Shown here piece after piece: positions 57,447-64,000 of a stretch of 64,000 nucleotides of DNA; within the stretch, counting starts at the first letter, position 1, and each line of letters begins with the position of its first letter. The stretch lies in sequence record MZ444140.1; one strand, given 5' to 3'. Made by a program: the position numbers and the translations under genes. Below the pieces are notes generated by a model. It saw nothing but the letters and a program-made list of their open reading frames with translations, made no database searches and was not told the origin of the DNA.

Positions 57447-57859
57447 TGAATAAATTAATTCTTGCACTATCCTTAGTGCTCGCATCCATGACTCTTGAAG
57501 CCAATGAGATTAAAACAACTACTAGTGGGGTTATTAAACAAGTCGATTGTCAACTTGTAGCTAAAGATAATAGTATCGCCGGTGCAACTATAGGTGGTAC
57601 TGTCGGAGCTGCTGCTGGCGCTGCGGTAGGTAAAGCACTTCTTGGTAAATCGGGTAGTTGGATTGGAGGTCTGATTGGTGGGGCGGCTGGTGGAGCTATC
57701 GGCAATAACATGGCTGCAACAGAAACTTATCAATGTAAGATGATCATTGAAGGTCATGGTAAGCTATACATGAACCAAATCGTCACAAATAAGAAGTTAG
57801 AACCAGACATGTCTGTAACTATTGTAGAAATGTCCGATGGTACCTACGAAATAATGTAG
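57443..57859 (+). CDS. Exported glycine-zipper protein
   Basis: Signal peptide and GATIGGTVGAAAGAAVG...GGLIGGAAGGAIG. Confidence 0.8.
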   Translation: MMNKLILALSLVLASMTLEANEIKTTTSGVIKQVDCQLVAKDNSIAGATIGGTVGAAAGAAVGKALLGKSGSWIGGLIGGAAGGAIGNNMAATETYQCKMIIEGHGKLYMNQIVTNKKLEPDMSVTIVEMSDGTYEIM

Positions 57860-57867
57860 ACATAATA

Positions 57868-57889
57868 ACCCTCCCTTAATTGGGAGGGT
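57868..57889 (+). terminator. Stem-loop, identical to 56191-56212
   Basis: ACCCTCCCTTAATTGGGAGGGT. Confidence 0.7.
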
Positions 57890-57944
57890 TTATGCTAACA
57901 ATTCTATAGCACTCTTATTAACAGTCATCAACGAGAGAGTAGAC

Positions 57945-59855
57945 ATGAATAAAATGCTAAACTTCCTAAACCGTACGCTATATAGCAGTACTGAGAAAGT
58001 ATCTTCAAAAGCAGCGCCGAGTATTGAACACTTTAAAACTAATGTCGAGCAAGTCGATAAAAAGATTCTACAACCCTTTAGTACTAAGTTTAAAACCATT
58101 CTGAAAGAATGTTACAGCAATGAAGAGTGGGTTGAAGAACAATCATTTATTGAAGAACCTATTGATCTTGGTTCAGCTGCGCGTGGTCTTACCGAACGCG
58201 GTATTATGCGTGGTGATTGGGGACGCTTAGCGCATTCCACTATTAAAGAAGCAGAAGGTATGATGCGTACTTATAGTGGTCGTCTAAATGAAGATATGGA
58301 GGCATCTGAAATTAATGAAGTAATTCGAGATATGCCTTATAACTTCACAGCTGGTTCAGCTAATACTGGTCGTTTAGAAGAAGATGATTCTATTTTTGTT
58401 GAAGCAGATACAACAGTAGTTGAACCTTTATCTAAGCAGACTCTACCAAAAGTAGCAGAACTTACTAATCAATTAGTGGAAGTCTATAATCGAATCACCG
58501 AAGAATTTACAGAAACGGGTATTGCTAAGGTTGACCAGGTTGAACAACCTGCCGTTCTTGTTGCACTTGGTGAAATCATTAGTAGTTTTAATAAACTAAT
58601 TGATGCCTCATGTGGTGCTATTCCAGTTGAAGAAATTGTAACTGAAGAAGATCCGCTACCTGCTATTGTTACTGGGCCAACTACTGAACCAATTGATGGG
58701 GAAGTTCCAGCAGTCGATGCTATCAACAATACTGCATTAGAAGAGTTTATTGAAGAAGTATTAAGTACTAATCCTGAATTTATTAAATACCAAAGTATGA
58801 ACGATAGTAATATTGATTCATATCTAACTGGAGATGACTGGATTATACTAAAATTTAAAGATGGCTCTTATTATTTATACAATGCCCAAAGTGTTGGTGA
58901 AACGAATATAGAAATCATGAAAGATATGGCCGAAACTGGCAGTGGTCTTAATGGTTTTATAAATCGAGTTATTCGTGGTAGTTATGTAGAGAAGACCATC
59001 AGTAATGAAATCGTTAGTACTCCTGGCTTTGAGCAGTATAATAGTAACGACCAAATCATTTACATTCATGTAGGAAATAAACTGCATGTCTCAAATGAAG
59101 GTCTTATTGACATCATTAAGAGTATCTTCGACTCTGGTCCTGAGATCAATCTCGATAAAAAGAAGAAAGCTATTGCTACGCTAAAAAGTACTTATGGTGA
59201 CGCTAACTGGGTGGCAGAAGCAAAGCTTAAAACCGGCGAAGTAAAAGTATCGAATTACGGGACGTTCGCATCTAATGATCCTAAGACCGCAAAAGTTAAT
59301 ATTACTAATGCTGTAGCTAAAGCTGATCATCACAACCAGAAAGTTCTGGATGAGAACAGTAAGATGCTAGCCCCCGTGGTTAACCTGTTCAAAGGGAATG
59401 ATTGGCAAGACCCTAAGAAAGTCGCTACTCTTCTAGCTGAATGGAAACCCAAGGTAAAGACAAACTTCCAAGAACCCAAATGGCCGGATAATGCTGGTAC
59501 TAAGATTAAGTTACTTGATGCTACCGGTATTGTGGAAGCAGCTAACGTTATCATTGACATTTTGTCTAACAACACTAAGACTATTGCGGACACTTGGTTA
59601 GCCCAGTATCCTGACCTATCTGTCAATGGGGATATCTACAAACATAAGCTATCCACTATTAAAGATAAAGATGCTCTTGAGGACATATATCTGCTGGCTA
59701 AACGGGCCGATGACATCATTCTTAACATTCATGCAGCGTATGATGATGCTAAGGTTGAATCTACATATCGAGTATTTGCTATCGATATGTTGAAACTAAT
59801 GCAAGCGTCTATCAGTAGCTTCCCAAGTGGTTCATCCGTAGAGAACACCAATTAA
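57945..59855 (+). CDS. Virion head protein (gp303 position), multidomain with an internal KTSC-like domain
   Basis: 636 aa; several S/A/G-X-E head-protease-type sites (SSTE, ALEE, PGFE, VSNE). Confidence 0.6.
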   Translation: MNKMLNFLNRTLYSSTEKVSSKAAPSIEHFKTNVEQVDKKILQPFSTKFKTILKECYSNEEWVEEQSFIEEPIDLGSAARGLTERGIMRGDWGRLAHSTIKEAEGMMRTYSGRLNEDMEASEINEVIRDMPYNFTAGSANTGRLEEDDSIFVEADTTVVEPLSKQTLPKVAELTNQLVEVYNRITEEFTETGIAKVDQVEQPAVLVALGEIISSFNKLIDASCGAIPVEEIVTEEDPLPAIVTGPTTEPIDGEVPAVDAINNTALEEFIEEVLSTNPEFIKYQSMNDSNIDSYLTGDDWIILKFKDGSYYLYNAQSVGETNIEIMKDMAETGSGLNGFINRVIRGSYVEKTISNEIVSTPGFEQYNSNDQIIYIHVGNKLHVSNEGLIDIIKSIFDSGPEINLDKKKKAIATLKSTYGDANWVAEAKLKTGEVKVSNYGTFASNDPKTAKVNITNAVAKADHHNQKVLDENSKMLAPVVNLFKGNDWQDPKKVATLLAEWKPKVKTNFQEPKWPDNAGTKIKLLDATGIVEAANVIIDILSNNTKTIADTWLAQYPDLSVNGDIYKHKLSTIKDKDALEDIYLLAKRADDIILNIHAAYDDAKVESTYRVFAIDMLKLMQASISSFPSGSSVENTN

Positions 59856-59894
59856 CGCAATACACTCATCGATGTTGAAAAATAATTTACTGAG

Positions 59895-60056
59895 TATGTA
59901 ATGATATGTAGAAATGATCCCTCCCCCTCGTTTCTACATTAGTCATAATAGATCGGAGCCAGTTCCCCTTCCAGCTGGCTTCAAGAGAGTAAAACTCTCT
60001 ACTGGGCATTCATGACGATATATTGCCTCCCTTCGGGGAGGCTTTATATTTTTTTT
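59895..60056 (+). ncRNA. Candidate small RNA with three hairpins and a terminator
   Basis: TATGTA start motif; stems 59906-14/59931-39, 59955-62/59975-82, 59984-90/59994-60000; UUCG terminator 60025-60056. Confidence 0.5.
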
Positions 60057-60110
60057 GTTTTTTACTAGTGTACCTTAAAATATGTATAAATAACATAGAG
60101 TAATTATAAC

Positions 60111-60557
60111 ATGATTAAAAATGAACTTTTACCAGGGCTAATCTATGCCCAAAAAGAATTTGATAAAATTGCAGCTAATGTAAAAGACTATGATAAATAT
60201 AAAAGACGCGAAGCTGGTCGGGCAAGTGCCGTTTTAAGAAGTCTAGTAAATAATATTGTAAATCAGAATAAACCATCTTCACTTAAACATGACGGTAAAG
60301 TTAATATCACTAATGAATATTTAGAAGAAGTTAATGATTACTTCTTTAATATTAGTAATATTAAATTAATTCCTCCTAAACATATAAAAGAAAAATTAAC
60401 AATTGATCTAATGAATATTTATGTTAAATGGAATATGCTTGGGGTAGCTGGTCGAAATGATGTACCAATCATTGAGCACAGAATTAATAATTGGTGTGAA
60501 GTAACTGATGTCTACATTAATGGTAATAAGATAACTTCTTTACAATGGCCTATCTAA
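60111..60557 (+). CDS. Hypothetical protein
   Basis: 148-aa ORF. Confidence 0.7.
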   Translation: MIKNELLPGLIYAQKEFDKIAANVKDYDKYKRREAGRASAVLRSLVNNIVNQNKPSSLKHDGKVNITNEYLEEVNDYFFNISNIKLIPPKHIKEKLTIDLMNIYVKWNMLGVAGRNDVPIIEHRINNWCEVTDVYINGNKITSLQWPI

Positions 60558-60633
60558 TACTAAAATAAGTTAAGTAATTAATAGATGTTGTAATAAAATA
60601 CCTAGCATTACATGTTATGTATTGAAGCACAAT

Positions 60634-60718
60634 GCCCGAATGGTGAAATTGGTAAACACAGAAGACTTAAAATCTTCCGACTACGGTCTTGTCGGTTCGA
60701 ATCCGACTTCGGGCACCA
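60634..60718 (+). tRNA. tRNA-Leu (UAA)
   Basis: Cloverleaf with long variable arm; anticodon loop CTTAAAA; GTTCGAATC; encoded CCA. Confidence 0.95.
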
Positions 60719-60727
60719 ATTTAAATA

Positions 60728-60803
60728 CGGAGTGTAGCGCAGTTGGTAGCGCACCTGCTTTGGGAGCAGGATGTCGGGAGTTCGAGTCTCCCCACTCCGA
60801 CCA
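60728..60803 (+). tRNA. tRNA-Pro (UGG)
   Basis: 76 nt; CCTGC-TTTGGGA-GCAGG anticodon arm; encoded CCA. Confidence 0.95.
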
Positions 60804-60811
60804 TTTAAATA

Positions 60812-60840
60812 TAAAACCCCTCTGCCATGGAGGGGTTTTA
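60812..60840 (+). terminator. Terminator after the tRNA pair
   Basis: TAAAACCCCTC/GAGGGGTTTTA. Confidence 0.7.
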
Positions 60841-60861
60841 TATTGAATTGAGATAATAGGC

Positions 60862-61083
60862 ATGGATATTGCAACAATGTTTGTTTTAGCGATTCATGTA
60901 GGGTTGTTTGGAATTACATCCATAGAAGAATCGACTATCCAATTTGAAAATAAAGCACAGTGTATTTCGCGTCTAGATATTTTAGAAAACAAGTACCATG
61001 GATACGAGGTACTACGAACAGAGAATACGTTGAAAGTTACTAATCCTGACGAGTATTCTATTTTTATTTTCAAATGCCTTTAA
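60862..61083 (+). CDS. Small protein with a hydrophobic N-terminus
   Basis: 73 aa; signal/TM segment followed by F.....QC motif. Confidence 0.55.
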   Translation: MDIATMFVLAIHVGLFGITSIEESTIQFENKAQCISRLDILENKYHGYEVLRTENTLKVTNPDEYSIFIFKCL

Positions 61084-61179
61084 GAGAAAATTATAGAACA
61101 CCAAGAACAAAAAGCGCTACTAAAAGAACCATTGCAGAAACTTTAAAATCTTACGTTTAGCCCCCGCTTATGTAATGGA

Positions 61180-61380
61180 GTGATAGCTCCTGATTGGATT
61201 CACCTGACCGATGAAGTAACCTTATTCCCAAACGGATTAGATATTATAATCAATGATATTACACGTTGTATCAAATGGGAACTTATCGAGGAGAATGTAA
61301 GTAATATTACTTATGTTGAAGCCATGTTCTTTAATAAAAGTCTTAAAGCAGTTAGGGCATATCTCAAACATACGGAGTAA
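61180..61380 (+). CDS. Small hypothetical protein
   Basis: 66 aa; GTG start with GGAG RBS. Confidence 0.55.
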   Translation: MIAPDWIHLTDEVTLFPNGLDIIINDITRCIKWELIEENVSNITYVEAMFFNKSLKAVRAYLKHTE

Positions 61381-61382
61381 AT

Positions 61383-61730
61383 ATGAACCATCTAACACAA
61401 ACACAGAACGCCGTATATTTCACATTTGTTAGTCCTGAGTTTATGAAACTAACTCTTGTTGAATCATTTGTAGCTATCCACAAGAAACATCCAGAAGTAA
61501 AGCACTGTGTTAAGAAAAAGATTAGTGCTAATGAAACGCAGTTTATCTTTATCTTCAAAGATGGGACTGATAATTTAATCGTCACCCGTAAGACTGAGCC
61601 CTGTCCTGAACTGGATAGTCCAGTAGGTGATATAATTAAGTTGTCTGGTGAAGAACTTAAAAATATTCTCACTAAACATGGTCGCCCTAGTGACAGTAAC
61701 TATTTTAAGCATTGGACAGACCGTCCATGA
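61383..61730 (+). CDS. Hypothetical protein
   Basis: 115 aa with GGAG RBS. Confidence 0.65.
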   Translation: MNHLTQTQNAVYFTFVSPEFMKLTLVESFVAIHKKHPEVKHCVKKKISANETQFIFIFKDGTDNLIVTRKTEPCPELDSPVGDIIKLSGEELKNILTKHGRPSDSNYFKHWTDRP

Positions 61731-61774
61731 TATTATAAAATCCCTATGTATGCCAATATGTAGGTAATGAATTA

Positions 61775-61851
61775 GGGCCTATAGCTCAGTTGGTTAGAGC
61801 AGGCGACTCATAATCGCTTGGTCGCAGGTTCAAGTCCTGCTGGGCCCACCA
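61775..61851 (+). tRNA. tRNA with CAU anticodon, most likely tRNA-Ile2 (lysidine) rather than Met
   Basis: 77 nt; GGCGACTCATAATCGCTTGGTCGC as in E. coli ileX; C4-G69 and C5-G68 pairs. Confidence 0.85.
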
Positions 61852-61860
61852 AATTAATAA

Positions 61861-61899
61861 AGCATAATGCCTTCCCTATTTAAGGGGAGGCATTATGCT
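61861..61899 (+). terminator. Long palindrome after the tRNA
   Basis: AGCATAATGCCT/AGGCATTATGCT perfect 12-bp outer stem. Confidence 0.7.
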
Positions 61900-61975
61900 G
61901 TCTACGATAATAAAATAAATATCTGAACCGCAAAGGTTATCTTATGACTTAACTGTATTACTTGAGAATATACTC

Positions 61976-62983
61976 ATGTTTGAATTACTATTATCACCAG
62001 ATATAGGCGAAGAGTTACCCTTGGTTGGATTTAATGAAATTATTAAATTAGGTGATCTGCCTGTGGCACTAGCTGGTACAATGTCATATGTGGATGGAAA
62101 TACACTGTATGTTGGATCTGGTCATCATACTGAAGGGCAAACAGCTGCAACTGTGTTCAGACGTTTTACCATATCGCCATTTGCCGATATAGGTGCAACT
62201 GCTTCTGGAACATTCTTACCAGGGGTATCTTTAGGATTTGGGACATTACATAAGAATAACTTTATTGTTTATGGCGGTATTACTGGATGGAACTCGGCTG
62301 GTAATGGTGGTACGGGAACATCTAACTTTATACAACATTTTGATATAGCTACAGGCAATAGGGTTGAGCGATATAGTGGCCCCGTACCACTTTGGGGCAC
62401 AGCCTCCGCATCAGATGGTAATGATCTTATTCTATGCGTTAACCCAATTGGCGTAAACACAATGCGATTAAAACCATCAAGTAAGTCTTGGCTTAGCGGG
62501 CAAGACTACGCAGGTGGTGCTCGTTCAGGTCAACAGTTATTCTTTTATAATGGTTACTTTTACCATTTTGGTGGTTGGGATAATACAAAGAACATACCTA
62601 ATCTTGAAGTTTATCGATATAATGCAACTACCTTAATATGGGAGCAAACACCTTGGATGATTATACCTGCTGATAAAGGAACAATCTGGCAAGGTAATGG
62701 TTATGTAGATGGTGACTATTTTAATTACCTTAACGCTGTTAATGTCGGCGGTGTAACTAAAATGTTTGCACAACGTTTTAATATTAGGCGCCGGAAATGG
62801 GCTGAACCATTTGAACTAGGTATCGGATTCCTCAATATTTCATCTATAGCTAAAGGTCCGGATAATAGCATGATCATTGTAGGTGGATCTAAAATGCCAG
62901 TTGGTGGTGGAGCATACATGTTGAAAAGCCAATTGTTATCAGGTATCTATCAGGTAAAACTAGCACCATTAATCATTGATTAA
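61976..62983 (+). CDS. Kelch-repeat beta-propeller protein, likely virion/tail-associated
   Basis: LYVGSG, IVYGG, YHFGG and IIVGG repeats; MFELLLS N-terminus. Confidence 0.75.
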   Translation: MFELLLSPDIGEELPLVGFNEIIKLGDLPVALAGTMSYVDGNTLYVGSGHHTEGQTAATVFRRFTISPFADIGATASGTFLPGVSLGFGTLHKNNFIVYGGITGWNSAGNGGTGTSNFIQHFDIATGNRVERYSGPVPLWGTASASDGNDLILCVNPIGVNTMRLKPSSKSWLSGQDYAGGARSGQQLFFYNGYFYHFGGWDNTKNIPNLEVYRYNATTLIWEQTPWMIIPADKGTIWQGNGYVDGDYFNYLNAVNVGGVTKMFAQRFNIRRRKWAEPFELGIGFLNISSIAKGPDNSMIIVGGSKMPVGGGAYMLKSQLLSGIYQVKLAPLIID

Positions 62984-63032
62984 AATAATAATATTTATAA
63001 CTATTTAGATAATTATACTGGCACGATGATAT

Positions 63033-63141
63033 TATGTAAGAGTACTATACTAAAGTATTCTTAAATCTATCCACTAAACACACTCGGTGGTAGAACTTAT
63101 TATAGAGTGTGTCTAAATGCCAGGGGTTTGCCACCCCTGGC
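63033..63141 (+). ncRNA. Candidate pseudoknot-containing small RNA
   Basis: H-type pseudoknot 63066-63112 plus an 8-bp GC hairpin 63119-63141. Confidence 0.5.
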
Positions 63142-63268
63142 TATATTCATTGTTACTATTATAAATTCATTTATAGATGAGAAAAGGTTTTATCACCTTT
63201 TCAAAATCGGCATTTGATTCTAGTTAAAAAAACTGAATCTATGCTACATTGTAATAAAGGAGTCTATT

Positions 63269-63781
63269 ATGACTAACTCTAATCCGTTTGTAAGAACTAT
63301 TGTAAAGTACCAAGATATCCTAGATGCTTTAATTCAAAAAACGAATGAGAACTGGGTTAATTATCGATCTAATTCTATTGGCCATATTGTTATTCGTGAA
63401 TACAGGACTGTTGGATTATTTGTAGGTCGGCAATGTGGTAGTACAACTGCATTGATTGAGTTTGCTAATCGTCATCCTGGCGAATGTCTAGCTGTATTTG
63501 TAGAAGATAAAATTAAACAGGCTGTACTGGCTAAGTTCCAGAATGCTAAAGATAATATTGTTTCTTGTTTAATTACACACCAACTCCGTAAATATATTCA
63601 TCAACCTGAAGAATCATCTATTCAAAAAGATATTAAAGAAGAATTAATATCGTCTGTAAAATATATTCTTGTTGACAATGCCTCATTTAATCTGAACCTA
63701 CGCGGTATCACTGATAAAGAATTTAACCAGTGGGTTGCAGATACTTTTGGTACAGAGGTAATGGTGGTTCGTTTTAGTTAG
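63269..63781 (+). CDS. Small P-loop NTPase-fold-like protein with a degenerate Walker A
   Basis: VGRQCGSTT and YILVDNA. Confidence 0.55.
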   Translation: MTNSNPFVRTIVKYQDILDALIQKTNENWVNYRSNSIGHIVIREYRTVGLFVGRQCGSTTALIEFANRHPGECLAVFVEDKIKQAVLAKFQNAKDNIVSCLITHQLRKYIHQPEESSIQKDIKEELISSVKYILVDNASFNLNLRGITDKEFNQWVADTFGTEVMVVRFS

Positions 63782-63846
63782 AATTAGTAACTTTGATAGT
63801 TTCTAATAAGATTAACTACACGTTATTTACATAATGTCATAACAAG

Positions 63847-63881
63847 AAATAAATAATACTCAGATTGTAATAATATGTAGT
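63847..63881 (+). repeat. 35-bp element identical (inverted) to 7841-7875; probable promoter for tRNA-Asn
   Basis: AAATAAATAATACTCAGATTGTAATAATATGTAGT, containing a TATG late-type start motif. Confidence 0.85.
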
Positions 63882-63942
63882 TATTACATATCTATATTAG
63901 GTTGTCAGTAACTCATCTCTAATATAAAATCGCCATAATTCT

Positions 63943-64000
<58 letters not shown>

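Noticed and set aside
60608-60877. ORFs overlapping the tRNA-Leu/Pro pair
   Set aside because: The sequence is fully explained by two canonical tRNAs
61084-61179. Additional or pseudo tRNA between the small ORFs
   Set aside because: No cloverleaf or TTCG/TTCA T-loop; only short A-rich open frames

Overview
A 64-kb segment of an AT-rich, nucleus-forming phiKZ-like Pseudomonas jumbo phage (Chimalliviridae). It is very close to phiKZ and lies in reverse orientation to the usual phiKZ numbering, covering roughly gp61 down to gp1 and then gp306 down to about gp299. phiKZ gene equivalences are recalled from the literature and inferred from gene order, size and motifs, not from a database search. 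Core modules: chimallin nuclear-shell gene; non-virion RNA polymerase beta-prime-like gene split at its N|ADFDGD catalytic motif by a group I intron carrying an HNH homing endonuclease; B-family DNA polymerase catalytic half; PhuZ tubulin; Dip; tail tube, sheath and baseplate genes; large terminase; an early accessory gene cluster; DHFR; NrdAB; head proteins; four tRNAs. The features least explained by known annotation are non-coding: (i) a ~320-nt multi-stem RNA between the chimallin stop codon and its terminator; (ii) an H-type pseudoknot plus hairpin unit and a three-hairpin RNA with anti-Shine-Dalgarno-like CU loops in the tRNA region; (iii) structured leaders before the DNA polymerase, the phuZ operon and nrdA; (iv) an exact 35-bp repeat shared by the chimallin and tRNA-Asn upstream regions 56 kb apart; (v) ~70% GC hairpin islands inside dip and the sheath gene; (vi) a dispersed family of related palindromes. 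Protein-level curiosities are a ribosomal bL12-CTD-like early protein, a KTSC-like domain inside a head protein, and a small gene interrupted by a single in-frame TGA. No CRISPR array, reverse transcriptase or transposase was seen.
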